From the NCBI GenBank assembly GCA_012514745.1, contig JAAYZR010000015.1, positions 7,479 through 71,478 on the forward strand: a stretch of 64,000 nt of DNA. Direction: 5' to 3'. This document shows positions 49,402 to 59,303 of this stretch, in pieces; position 1 is the stretch's first letter, and every line of letters begins with the position of its first letter. A program made the translations under genes and the position numbers. A model generated the notes under the pieces. The model was not told where the DNA came from, made no database searches, and worked only from the letters and a program-made list of their open reading frames with translations. The DNA comes from Candidatus Undivivens industriae. Lineage in GTDB: Bacteria; Omnitrophota; Gorgyraeia; Gygaellales; Profunditerraquicolaceae.

Positions 49402-49722
49402 TTTAATCCCCTCGCCCAGAAATCCCCGGGTTTTAACCCGGGGGTACCTTAGCCTATAGGATGGCTAAGTATTCACCTGTGTGTTATACCTTAGCCTATA
49501 GGAATAACACCCTGCCTTAAAGGAAAGGCAGGTGTTCACCAGTGTGAAAGTATTCGCTCGTGCGTTATACCTTGGCCAATTGGGATAACACCCTGCCTTT
49601 AAAGGAGAGGCAGGTGTTCACCAGTGTGAAAGTATTCGCTCGTGCGGTACACCTTAGCTTATTGGAAAGCTAAGTGTTCGCTCGTGCGAAGGAGCCGCGG
49701 GCTTTAGCCCGAGGGGCTCCAC
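49402..49722 (+). mobile_element. Non-autonomous IS200/IS605-like element with internal hairpin array
   Basis: Left end TTTAATCCCCTCGCCCAGAAATCCCCGGGTTTTAACCCGGGG; right end CGGGCTTTAGCCCGAGGGGCTCCAC; both ends shared with 14046-14097. Confidence 0.7.
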
Positions 49723-49839
49723 AATAGTTACAACGCCGGATCTTTAAGTTCCTTGATCTCCAAACCCGAGAAGCTGATTTCCAGCGGACTGTTGATTTGC
49801 TGCGGTTTGATTAATTGGTACTGTGCGCTCGGCTCTGTT

Positions 49840-51132
49840 TTAGCGCCCTATTCCTTTATATAGGAATCCGAATCGCTCCATTGTCTCCGGATTAAAAATG
49901 TTCCTGCCGTCTATGATAAACCGGCTGCGCATCACTTTTTTAAGTTCGGCCGGGTCAAGGCGCCGGAATTCCTCCCATTCAGTAACTACCAGCAGACAAT
50001 CCGCTCCTGTGGCGGCGGCGTAGGCGTCACGGCAGAACTTCACCCCCTTTAATTCCCGCGCGGCTTTAGGCATCGCGTGCGGATCATAAGCCCGGATCCT
50101 GGCGCCTGAGCGCTGCAGCGTAACTATGAGCTCAAGAGCGATGGAATTACGTATGTCATCGGTGTTCGGTTTGAAGCTTAAGCCCAGCACGGCGATGGTC
50201 TTGTTTTTTATTTTACCGAGCCCAGCTTTTACTTTCTTGAAGACGACTTTCTTCTGCTCCTTGTTTATACTGCGCACTGCTTTCAGCAATTCAAAGTTAT
50301 AGCCTTTTTTCTGGGCGATATGAATAAAGGCGTCCAGGTCTTTGGGAAAACAATACCCCCCGAACCCGGCCCCGGCGTCGAGAAAAGAGGCGCCGATGCG
50401 CTTGTCGAGCCCCATGGCGTGCGCCACCTGCTTGACATCAGCCCCGACAAGCTCGCAAAGATTGGCCACGGCGTTTATAAAGGATATCTTGGTGGAAAGA
50501 AAACCGTTGCAGGCATGCTTGATGATCTCCGCCGTGGGAATATTGGTCACTACAACCGGGGCATTGATCGGGGCATAGAGCCTGCGCATTATCTTCCCGG
50601 CCTTCTCGCTTTCCACCCCTATCACAATGCGGTCGGGATGCATGGTATCGGAAATGGCCTGCCCCTCACGCAGGAACTCCGGGTTGGAGGCCACGTCGAA
50701 TTCGTATTTGCCGCGCGTTAACCTTTCCACGGTCTGCCGGATACGTTCCCCGGTCTGTACCGGGACCGTGGATTTAGCGACGATCACTTTGTAGCCGTTC
50801 ATAGACCCGGCGATCTCCTGCGCCGTATATTCCACCGCCGAAAGGTCCGCGCCGCCGTCAGCGTTGGCCGGCGTGCCCACGCAAATGAAAATAATATCCG
50901 ACTTGCGCGCGGCTTCTTTGATGCTGTGAATAAACCCTATCCTGCCGGACTTTCTGTTCTTTCTTATCAACTCATTCAGCCCGGGTTCATAAATGGGAAC
51001 GCCGCCTTTCCTCAGTCTTTCCAGTTTCCCGCGGTCGTTGTCCACGCAGAGCACTCTATTGCCGATCTCCGCTAAGCACGCCGCCGTCACCAATCCTACG
51101 TATCCGGCACCTATCACGCAGATGTTATACAT
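49840..51132 (-). CDS. ugd: UDP-glucose/GDP-mannose dehydrogenase family protein
   Basis: GAGYVG, CVGTP, KSTVPV, SNPEFLREG, GGYCFPKD and FKPNTDD motifs. Confidence 0.93.
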   Translation of the reverse strand: MYNICVIGAGYVGLVTAACLAEIGNRVLCVDNDRGKLERLRKGGVPIYEPGLNELIRKNRKSGRIGFIHSIKEAARKSDIIFICVGTPANADGGADLSAVEYTAQEIAGSMNGYKVIVAKSTVPVQTGERIRQTVERLTRGKYEFDVASNPEFLREGQAISDTMHPDRIVIGVESEKAGKIMRRLYAPINAPVVVTNIPTAEIIKHACNGFLSTKISFINAVANLCELVGADVKQVAHAMGLDKRIGASFLDAGAGFGGYCFPKDLDAFIHIAQKKGYNFELLKAVRSINKEQKKVVFKKVKAGLGKIKNKTIAVLGLSFKPNTDDIRNSIALELIVTLQRSGARIRAYDPHAMPKAARELKGVKFCRDAYAAATGADCLLVVTEWEEFRRLDPAELKKVMRSRFIIDGRNIFNPETMERFGFLYKGIGR

Positions 51133-51137
51133 TTAGA

Positions 51138-52148
51138 TTACTCCTTATCCTTCTTGCGTTTAGCGCCCTTCGAGTTCTTCTGCTGCCATTCCCACGCCGA
51201 GGATATTATCTGTTCCAGGCCGAGCTTGGGCCTCCAGCCAAAGAGTTCTTCGGCTTTAGCGTAGGAGGCCACCAGTTCCGCGGCGTCCCCGGGCCTGCGC
51301 GCGGCTATTTTGACCGGGAGGGGACTGCCGGTGATTTTTTCGACGGACGAGACCATTTCTTTGACGCTGTATCCCCTGCCGCTGCCCAAGTTTAAGGCGG
51401 CGTTTTTCACGCTCTTGTCCAGCGCCTCCAAGGCCAGTAAATGCGCCCGGGCCAAATCCATCACGTGTATGTAATCCCTGATACAGGTACCGTCGCGCGT
51501 GGGATAGTCATCCCCGAAGATGTTCAATGCCGGGATATCACCCGCCGCCGCCTTCAGCGCGTTGGGAAGTAGATGCGTCGCCTCTTCAAGCGGCTGCCCT
51601 ATCCTGCCGCTCGGGTGCGCTCCGGAAACGTTGAAGTAACGCAAAGCCAGATAATCCATCTTTCCGGCGGCGGCGCAGTCACGCAATATCTGCTCCACCA
51701 TCATCTTGGAAGTTCCATAAGGGTTCTCCGGCCGCAGGGGGGCTTCCTCGTTCACCGGCACCAGCTCCGGCTGTCCGTAAACCGCGGCCGAGGAAGAAAA
51801 AATGAATTTGCGCGCGCCGTGCTTCAGGCAATGTTGAAGCAGGTTGACAGATCCCCAGACGTTGTTGTCGTAGTACTTCAACGGCTCGCTCACCGACTCC
51901 GGGACCACTATCGAGGCCGCGAAATGCAAGACGGCATCGAAGCGGAAGCGCGAAAAAAGATTCTCCAGATCCTGCGCGGACCGCAGATCGCCCCGCACGA
52001 ATTCCACGCCCTCCGGGACGCGCTCCCTCCTGCCGGTAGATAGATCGTCGAACACCACCGCTTCTCTTCCCTGCTCAAGCAAGAGGCTCAACATATGCGA
52101 ACCGATATACCCGGCACCGCCGGTGATCAGAATGAGGTCATTTTTCAA
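51138..52148 (-). CDS. galE: UDP-glucose 4-epimerase
   Basis: TGGAGYIGSH, SSSAAVYG, YGTSK, LRYFN and DGTCIRDYIHV motifs; TTG start 52148 with GGAG. Confidence 0.94.
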   Translation of the reverse strand: MKNDLILITGGAGYIGSHMLSLLLEQGREAVVFDDLSTGRRERVPEGVEFVRGDLRSAQDLENLFSRFRFDAVLHFAASIVVPESVSEPLKYYDNNVWGSVNLLQHCLKHGARKFIFSSSAAVYGQPELVPVNEEAPLRPENPYGTSKMMVEQILRDCAAAGKMDYLALRYFNVSGAHPSGRIGQPLEEATHLLPNALKAAAGDIPALNIFGDDYPTRDGTCIRDYIHVMDLARAHLLALEALDKSVKNAALNLGSGRGYSVKEMVSSVEKITGSPLPVKIAARRPGDAAELVASYAKAEELFGWRPKLGLEQIISSAWEWQQKNSKGAKRKKDKE

Positions 52149-52160
52149 CGTTAACTCCGT

Positions 52161-52184
52161 AACTCCGGGGACACGATACTTAAT
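52161..52184 (+). repeat. REP-A single variant copy
   Basis: AACTCCGGGGACACGATACTTAAT, running directly into CAAGCCGCAGAA. Confidence 0.85.
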
Positions 52185-52333
52185 CAAGCCGCAGAATGCG
52201 GCGCAGGTTACCCCGTAGAGTGCCGGGAAAATGTCGAAGAGATTTCCCCGGTATCTTACGACATGGGGTTAATTTGGGAAGCTCCCCAAGGGGAGCTTCA
52301 TTACTCGGTAACGCTTACGGTCACGAAGCCCGT

Positions 52334-52465
52334 TAGTGCGCTGTTTGATAAGTTTTTTACAGCACACAGAGGCCGCCAACGCTTCGGCGGCGGGACGGTC
52401 AAATTTCGCCTTTCGATTTTCGGTTACGGTAACCAACAGAACCCAACTTATCTTTTTCCCCGAAT
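52334..52465 (+). repeat. REP-B extended element (subtype 2)
   Basis: TAGTGCGCTGTT...ACAGCACAC followed by about 95 nt homologous to the reverse complement of 48975-49066. Confidence 0.8.
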
Positions 52466-52727
52466 GGGTCCCCCTCCGCTTTTTCCTCCCCTCGATGAGG
52501 AGGATTTAGGAGAGATATTAATCTTCCCTGTCCTCCGATGGAGAGAATGAAGGAGGGGTACAAGACTAAAAACAAGGGCATTGTAACCGGGAAACGACAG
52601 CCGAGATTTAATCAAACCGCAGAAATCCCTGCTTTTCAAGCCGGTTATAAGAAACAATCTTAAGGATTGGAGCCGGATTTTTCAATGCTTATTTTGAACA
52701 TAAAGGATATTTGCTGCTTAATATTCT

Positions 52728-53858
52728 TTATCTTACCGCTTTTTTAAGCAGTAGCAGGGCGAGACGAATGCGGTTTTTCATCCCGCGGTTCCGCCAGACG
52801 CAAAGCAAATAATGCATGAACACAGGTAATATGCCCCGTACCGGAAGGCCGAATATTATCCCGCAGGCCCGGTCGTTTGCCATCGGGATGATATAGCCCG
52901 GGTCAAAAGTCCGGTATTCCCTCGGCGGAAGCGAATCCATATCGTTTAGGATATTCCTGGCGCAGGATTCGCCCTGGGTGATGGCGAATTGCACCGACAT
53001 ACGTAAACAACCCTGCCCTGCGGATAAACAGGCGTTGTCCCCGGCGGCAAAACACGTCCGGGATATCCGCAGACACTCATCTACCTTCAGTCTGCCTTGC
53101 GGCGTGCGCCGCGCGGGAATACGGTCTATAAAATCCGGCGTCTTTACCCCGGCCGCCCAAACCACGATGCTTTTGCCGAAAACACTTCCGTCGGAAAGCA
53201 CGCTCCTGCCGGCGCGCGTCTCAGTAACGGAAAGCCCCGTCTTCACTTCTATCCCGCAGGCGGCGAGATCGTCCTTAACGTAAACCTTCATCCATTCCGG
53301 CAACGGGCCCAGGATCGACGGGGATTTTTCTACGATGATTATCCGGCTCCTGCGCCGTTTTTCGCGCAGGAAAAGCGAAAGATTGGAAGCGATCTCGATG
53401 CCGGTATAACCTCCCCCGGCAACCAGGTAATTATCATAACAACCGATTTCGAGGGCCTGGCGGAGTTTCAGGGCGTCGGAAACATTGTCAAGTTTATAAG
53501 TTGACTCGGACAGGGAGACATTCCCGTGGAAATCGGTTTCCGTGCCGCAGGCAAGCAGGAGATAATCGCAGTCGATATTCAGCCCGCTTCCCAGGTGCAG
53601 GCTTCTGCCGTCGGGTGAGACCGCCTGGGCGATATCCTGAATGAAACGCGCCTTTAATCCCGAACAGATATCCTTAAAAGGATATGCCATCAGCCCCGCC
53701 GGGATGCCTCTACCCAGAACGTCCGGCAGCAGAGGCAAGAAATTAAAACACTGTCTCCTGTCCACCAGCGCCGTTTCCAGGTTTTTACCGCGGCGGGACA
53801 ATATCCCGGCAGCAGCCAGCCCGGCGAATCCTCCCCCGACTATCACTACTCGTTTCAT
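52728..53858 (-). CDS. FAD-dependent pyridine nucleotide-disulfide oxidoreductase (NDH-2-like)
   Basis: GGGFAG, GGGYTGIE, WAAG and AAGD motifs. Confidence 0.85.
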   Translation of the reverse strand: MKRVVIVGGGFAGLAAAGILSRRGKNLETALVDRRQCFNFLPLLPDVLGRGIPAGLMAYPFKDICSGLKARFIQDIAQAVSPDGRSLHLGSGLNIDCDYLLLACGTETDFHGNVSLSESTYKLDNVSDALKLRQALEIGCYDNYLVAGGGYTGIEIASNLSLFLREKRRRSRIIIVEKSPSILGPLPEWMKVYVKDDLAACGIEVKTGLSVTETRAGRSVLSDGSVFGKSIVVWAAGVKTPDFIDRIPARRTPQGRLKVDECLRISRTCFAAGDNACLSAGQGCLRMSVQFAITQGESCARNILNDMDSLPPREYRTFDPGYIIPMANDRACGIIFGLPVRGILPVFMHYLLCVWRNRGMKNRIRLALLLLKKAVR

Positions 53859-53985
53859 AACACAGATTCTATCATAAACTTCCTTTGAGCTTAAGGTATA
53901 TTTATTCCCCGGCCCGGATACCGGAGCAAATATACATCCTTTTTAAGAAAGCCGGTATTCAGCATGGCGTATAGAACGAACACCT

Positions 53986-55485
53986 TTAAGGCTGGGCCAT
54001 GCTTCTATATGTTCCGGAGAGGATCCTTCTGCAGGCGAGGTCGGCGCTGATCAGGCACATCGGCACGCCGATGCCGGGGAGAGTGTTGCCTCCGGCATAG
54101 AACAGGTTGCGTATTTTCCTGCTCCTGTTAGCCGGCCTGAACATCGCGGTCTGCCCGAGAGTGTGCGCCAGCCCGAGCGCGGAGCCGCGGAAACTGTGGT
54201 AACGCGAAACGAAGTCCTTCACGCAAAAATGATGTTTGACCTGCAGTCTTGACCGCAGAGACGGGATATTCATTTCTTTTTCCATCATGTGCAGTATCCT
54301 GTCCGTATAGGCGGACAATTCCCCGGGCCCGTATTCCAGCCCGGCAGGGATCGGCACGAAAACGAACAGGTTCTCCTTGCCGCGCGGCGCGACGGCGGGG
54401 TCGGTTTTGGAGGGGCAGCAGACGTAGAAAGAGGGATCCCGCGGCCAGCGCGGCTCGTCGAAGATGTCGGAAAAGTTCTTCCCCCAGTCCGCGCTGAACA
54501 ACAGGTTGTGATGAGCGAGCGAAGGTATCTTGTCTTTCACTCCCAGATAAAGCACAAGCCCGGAAGGAGCGACGACCCGCGTCCGCCAGTAACGCCGGCT
54601 GTAACTGCGCAGACGCTGTTCTTTGATCAAATCCGTCTCGGTATGATAAATGTCCGCGTTGGAGATGACGACATCCGCGGGCACCTTATCCCCGGCTGCC
54701 AGCTCGATGCCGTCGGCCAGGCTGCCATAGGTCAGTATGCGCGAAACGTCCGAGTTATAATGGAACTGCGCCCCGGAGCGGGCCGCTATTTTTTCCAACG
54801 CCTCGACGATCTTGTAAAGCCCTCCCTGTGGATAGAAAACACCCATATCCAGGTCAACGTGGCTCATGATATTGTAGAATGCCGGGGTGTTATACGGAGA
54901 ACTTCCCAAAAACACCAGCGTGTACTGGGCGACCTTCTGCATCTGCGGACTCTTGAAGAACCTGCCGACATAATCCTGCATACGGCTGAAAACTGAAAGC
55001 TTGACGCCCTGACTGAGCATGCGCCAGTTGAAAAAATCCAGCGGCGAGTCGTAATTACGCCAGACGAACTTACCCATGGCGATATTATACTGGTAAGCGG
55101 CCATCTTCAGGTATTCGCGCAGCCTCTGCCCGGCTCCCGGTTCCAGAGAATCCGCCGTCTGCGCGTCGCGCGCGAGGTCGGAGTAGAAATCCACCTGCCT
55201 TCCTCCCTTAAAAAAGACCCGGTAAGAAGGGCTCAATTTCACCAGTTCCAGGTGGTCATCCACACGCTCATTGAGAAGCGCGAAAAATTTCTCGAAGATG
55301 TCCGGCATAAGGTACCAGGACGGCCCCATATCATAGACAAAACCCTGGGCCTCCATAATATTGCAGCGCCCGCCGGCTTTGCGGTTATTGTCGAACACTT
55401 TCACATCCCACCCTTCTTTGGCAAGGATGCAGGCTGACGCCAGGCCGCCGATGCCGGCCCCGATGACCGCGGCTTTCTTCTTCAT
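53986..55485 (-). CDS. crtI: Phytoene desaturase
   Basis: GAGIGGL, DMGPSWY, PSKTD..VAP.G, GSALGL.HTL.Q and PGIGVPM motifs. Confidence 0.92.
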   Translation of the reverse strand: MKKKAAVIGAGIGGLASACILAKEGWDVKVFDNNRKAGGRCNIMEAQGFVYDMGPSWYLMPDIFEKFFALLNERVDDHLELVKLSPSYRVFFKGGRQVDFYSDLARDAQTADSLEPGAGQRLREYLKMAAYQYNIAMGKFVWRNYDSPLDFFNWRMLSQGVKLSVFSRMQDYVGRFFKSPQMQKVAQYTLVFLGSSPYNTPAFYNIMSHVDLDMGVFYPQGGLYKIVEALEKIAARSGAQFHYNSDVSRILTYGSLADGIELAAGDKVPADVVISNADIYHTETDLIKEQRLRSYSRRYWRTRVVAPSGLVLYLGVKDKIPSLAHHNLLFSADWGKNFSDIFDEPRWPRDPSFYVCCPSKTDPAVAPRGKENLFVFVPIPAGLEYGPGELSAYTDRILHMMEKEMNIPSLRSRLQVKHHFCVKDFVSRYHSFRGSALGLAHTLGQTAMFRPANRSRKIRNLFYAGGNTLPGIGVPMCLISADLACRRILSGTYRSMAQP

Positions 55486-56372
55486 ATATTTCCTCCGGGC
55501 AAAGTTAAAAGCGTTCTTAAAGCCAGAACCGTTTTCTCGGCCGTCCCGCTGCGGGCGCGGCCCAGGAATATGTTATAATCCATCTGTTTTATCTTCACCA
55601 GGATGCGGCTGTAGAAAGCCGAGGCCACGCGCACCGCCAGCCTGCCGCGCTTGTCCAGCATGGCGATCCCGGGCTGGGCGCGGCGGTAAAGCCCCGCAGA
55701 ACGCTCTACCTGTAATTTCATAAAATCCCGGAATGCCGGCGAGAAACGCCTGCGCGCGATGTCTTCACGCGAAAGCCCGCAGGCAGCCAGCTCGTCGCGC
55801 GGCATGTATATCCTTCCCCTCTGCCGGTAATCCTCGTCTATATCGCGCAGAAAATTGGTCAGCTGCATCGCTTCTCCCAGGCAGGAGGCGTATTCCAGCG
55901 CGCGCGGGTCGTTGAAACCGATGATATAACAAAGCATCAATCCCACCACGCAGGCCGAGCCGTACATATATTCGCGCAATTCTGCGTAATTCGCGTATTC
56001 CCGCTTCTCGCTATCCATGAACATCGAGCGGAAGAAATCCTCGCTGTAACCATAGGGGATATTATGTCTGCGAAACGCGCTCAGCGCCGAACGCAGGACA
56101 GGTTCATCCGAAACATCCTTGCGGCAGGCGACGCGCCATTTCCCCAGCCAGGCGGAAAGCTCTGCCTTTATGCGCTCTTCGCCGCCGGAACGGTTATTGT
56201 CCGCGATCTCATCGGGGACGCGCAGAAAGGCGTAAAGCGCATAGACGGAACGGCGCAATTCCGCCGGGAAAAAAGCGGCGGCGTAATAATAATTCAACCC
56301 GTGCTTTTTGTTGAGCGAACGGCAGATCCGCAGATCCTCTTTTTCCGTGCCGGAAACTACAGACATATTCAC
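55482..56372 (-). CDS. crtB: Phytoene synthase
   Basis: YAFLR.PDEIAD, YMYGSA.VVG and AMQLTNFLRDIDED..RGRIY motifs. Confidence 0.93.
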   Translation of the reverse strand: MNMSVVSGTEKEDLRICRSLNKKHGLNYYYAAAFFPAELRRSVYALYAFLRVPDEIADNNRSGGEERIKAELSAWLGKWRVACRKDVSDEPVLRSALSAFRRHNIPYGYSEDFFRSMFMDSEKREYANYAELREYMYGSACVVGLMLCYIIGFNDPRALEYASCLGEAMQLTNFLRDIDEDYRQRGRIYMPRDELAACGLSREDIARRRFSPAFRDFMKLQVERSAGLYRRAQPGIAMLDKRGRLAVRVASAFYSRILVKIKQMDYNIFLGRARSGTAEKTVLALRTLLTLPGGNI

Positions 56373-56662
56373 CGATTTTGCGCTTTTTCCCAGACGATCA
56401 GGCAGAAGCCGACCATACTGAAACCGAAGAGAAAATCCTCCAACGGGATGCTCCCCAGCCTTATACCGGAGAACATCGCCGGGTTATAGATAACTATTAG
56501 TCGCGAGGTAAGATATCCGTTCACCAGCAGTTTAAAGAAAAAAATCACCGCCAGGAAAACGTAAAAGAGGCGGTTCTTCATCAGCCCGGTCCGGAAGATC
56601 CTGTCCATTACCGGGATCGCCGCGGCAAAAATGATTGCGAGCAGGGTATATTCCCGCATCAC
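56369..56662 (-). CDS. Lycopene cyclase domain protein (CrtYd-like)
   Basis: Hydrophobic, 97 aa; NG.LT...YN...G.R...IPLEDF.F. Confidence 0.85.
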   Translation of the reverse strand: MMREYTLLAIIFAAAIPVMDRIFRTGLMKNRLFYVFLAVIFFFKLLVNGYLTSRLIVIYNPAMFSGIRLGSIPLEDFLFGFSMVGFCLIVWEKAQNR

Positions 56663-56973
56663 GCCTTCCTGTATTTGCGTTCCAGATACTTGAGAGTTTC
56701 CCAGGTAAAAAGACAGCAGAACGGTATGACCACAAAGAAAAGTATTTCCTCAAGCGGGAGGCCGAGGAAACGGAACGGCCGCACCGCCTCCTGACGAAAA
56801 GACCAATGGCCGCGAGCGGCCGCCAGGACATCCCAGCCGCCGAAAACCAGCAAAGTAGCGCCTATCGCGGCGGTAAACGCCGAAAAACGACGGTAGAATT
56901 TTAAAGGAGGCCAGAAACTAAGAAGCAGCGGCAGGGAAAGGGAAATCAAAAGAACCGCCATGTATTCCGACAT
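56659..56973 (-). CDS. Lycopene cyclase domain protein (CrtYc-like)
   Basis: Hydrophobic, 104 aa; WD......G.W.F...GLPLEEILFF. Confidence 0.85.
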   Translation of the reverse strand: MSEYMAVLLISLSLPLLLSFWPPLKFYRRFSAFTAAIGATLLVFGGWDVLAAARGHWSFRQEAVRPFRFLGLPLEEILFFVVIPFCCLFTWETLKYLERKYRKA

Positions 56974-57230
56974 GACCTTATTTTATCCTAACCGCCGAAT
57001 ACGTCAACAGTATTTAAAGGTCTTGTGTCTTGTGCCGTATCTTTGTCTTTTTTGTCGAGCGTTTCATCATCACACAATCGAACACTTGACAATCCAATAA
57101 GCTAAGGTGTAGGCCCGACACCTCAAAAATGCATGGCGTTTTAGACTATTCGGGGGAGGCACTTATGCCGCAGCTCTCTGCGGCAGCTAAAATAAAAGAC
57201 ACCCGGGGCCGCGACGGGACAAGACAATAA

Positions 57231-58286
57231 TCAACAGGCGAGCAGACGTTCGGCGTAATCGGCAAGGGCCGTTCGGCAGGTTTGGCGCATACGCAGTGAA
57301 TTACCTATCTTCACGGCCTTTTCGCGCAAGGCAGAAACTTCTTGTTTGACGCGTTCCAGTGCGCCGCAGCCGGCGATAATCCCGCGCATCCGTTCCAGAT
57401 CGGCGGCGGTGACCAGTCTTTTTGCCAGCACGGCCTTGATCTCGGCGCGCTGACCGGAATTCCCCATGCGATAGGCGTAATACATCAACACCGTCTTCTT
57501 GGCTTCCTGAAGGTCGCTCAAGGAAGGTTTTCCGCTTTCATCGGAGTTCGAGAACATACCGATAATATCATCCTTAATCTGAAAGGCCCTGCCGAGGCAG
57601 ATGCCGTATTCGTCAAGTTTTTTTATTTCGGACGCGGGAGCGTTAGCCAGGATGGCGCCCACGGACAACGGGCAGGAAAATGTGTAGTAAGCGGTCTTGT
57701 AATCGTAAATCTTGTATATGTCCGCGAGTTTGACACGGCTGAGTTCTTCTCCCCCCAGAAGCAGTTCAATGAATTCCCCGGCGCCGGTATAAAGCGCGGC
57801 GTCCACGAATTTGCGCAGGCCCTGTTCTTTATATTTCATATCCACCTGGACCTCCAGGAAGGCGTGAATGGCCATGGCGTAAACCACGTCGCCGGCAACG
57901 ATCGCCAGATCCTGCCCGCTGAATTTGACCTTAGAGGCGCCTCTGATACCTTTACGCAGGAGGACGTGCATCGCCGGTTTACCGCGCCGCAGGTCTGATT
58001 TATCGATGATATCATCGTGGATAAGCATGAAATCGTGCAACAGCTCGATGGAGAGAGCCGAGGTATACAACCCCGGCGCCGGTTTTCCGGCATAGCCGAG
58101 ATAGCCTATCACGAGCATTATCGGACGGATGCGCTTGCCGTCCCTGCCGATGAACTCGCTAATGGCCCGCTCAAGGGAAGGTGATACTGCTTTTAGACTG
58201 CGGAAACGCCCGCTTCTCAGGAATTTTACGAGTTCTCCGTCGATTTCTTTTTTCAGGATTTCAAACATCTCTGCCTCTTTCCGCAA
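57231..58286 (-). CDS. crtE: Polyprenyl (probably GGPP) diphosphate synthase
   Basis: GKRIRP, LIHDDIID.S.LRRG, YKTA.Y and FQIKDD motifs; adjacent to the crt genes. Confidence 0.8.
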   Translation of the reverse strand: MRKEAEMFEILKKEIDGELVKFLRSGRFRSLKAVSPSLERAISEFIGRDGKRIRPIMLVIGYLGYAGKPAPGLYTSALSIELLHDFMLIHDDIIDKSDLRRGKPAMHVLLRKGIRGASKVKFSGQDLAIVAGDVVYAMAIHAFLEVQVDMKYKEQGLRKFVDAALYTGAGEFIELLLGGEELSRVKLADIYKIYDYKTAYYTFSCPLSVGAILANAPASEIKKLDEYGICLGRAFQIKDDIIGMFSNSDESGKPSLSDLQEAKKTVLMYYAYRMGNSGQRAEIKAVLAKRLVTAADLERMRGIIAGCGALERVKQEVSALREKAVKIGNSLRMRQTCRTALADYAERLLAC

Positions 58287-58289
58287 TAC

Positions 58290-59204
58290 TCAATATCCGA
58301 GGTCCTTTAATATATACGGATCGTCTTGCCATCCCGCGCGGACCTTGACGTGCATCTGCAGGAAGACTTTTTTGTCCAGCAGTGTCTCCAGTTCGACGCG
58401 GGCCGTCTCCCCGGCTTTTTTCAAAACGCTGCCGCCCTTGCCGATGACTATTGACTTCTGTGAATCCCTCTCCACCAACACGACCGCGGAGATGAACATC
58501 ACTTTACCCCGCCTCTGCGCCGTCTCTTCCACATACACCGCCAGGGAATGCGGTACTTCATCTTTGAGAAGAAGGAAAAATTTCTCTCTAATGATATCGG
58601 CGATCGCCAGCTTCTGGGGAAAATCCGTAAGAACTTCCGGCGGGTAAAGCAACGGCGCTTCCGGCAGCAGTCCGAAGAGGACGTCCACCAGCTTGTCGGT
58701 ATTGATACCGGTCATCCCGGATACCGGCATAAGAACGAACCTATCCTCCGTCTCCGTCGCCGGCTTGCCGAGCGCCTTTTCCCATTCTTTGATGTAGCCG
58801 TCCATATAGGCGGCCTTGCGATCAACCTTGTTCATCGCCAGGATTACCGGAGTCTTCCTGCCGCTGAGTTTCTCTATGATCATGCCTTCTTCGCGGCCGA
58901 GCCGCTCGCAGGCGTCCACCAGATGGATTATAACGTCTGCCCCTTCAATGGCGCTGTCTATGTCGCTAAGCATGTGCCGGCCGAGTTTGTTGCGGGAAAG
59001 GTAAATCCCCGGGGTGTCGAGAAAAACGATCTGCCCGCGTTTTTCGGTGAGCACGCCGCGTACCTGGTAACGGGTCGTCTGCGGCACCGGAGAGACTATC
59101 GCCACCTTCTCCCCCAAAAGAGTATTCATCAATGTGGATTTTCCGGTGCTCGGCCTGCCGACTATGCAAACTACGCCGCAGCGTTGACCTTGTTGATCAT
59201 TCAT
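58290..59204 (-). CDS. era: GTPase Era
   Basis: GRPSTGKSTL, QTTR, DTPG, NKVD motifs and KH domain IVIGKGG; start codon uncertain. Confidence 0.95.
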   Translation of the reverse strand: MNDQQGQRCGVVCIVGRPSTGKSTLMNTLLGEKVAIVSPVPQTTRYQVRGVLTEKRGQIVFLDTPGIYLSRNKLGRHMLSDIDSAIEGADVIIHLVDACERLGREEGMIIEKLSGRKTPVILAMNKVDRKAAYMDGYIKEWEKALGKPATETEDRFVLMPVSGMTGINTDKLVDVLFGLLPEAPLLYPPEVLTDFPQKLAIADIIREKFFLLLKDEVPHSLAVYVEETAQRRGKVMFISAVVLVERDSQKSIVIGKGGSVLKKAGETARVELETLLDKKVFLQMHVKVRAGWQDDPYILKDLGY

Positions 59205-59303
59205 AACCTGTTGAAAGATATAAGAAACGGGTTGAACAATAATATTCGCATCTCTGTCGGTGCCGTTATGATAACACAGCGGGGAAAACAAGGCAAACCT
59301 TTT

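Noticed and set aside
49402-49722. Autonomous IS605 element or TnpB pseudogene
   Set aside because: No tnpA or tnpB coding remnants (RuvC or Zn-finger motifs) were recognised between the ends.
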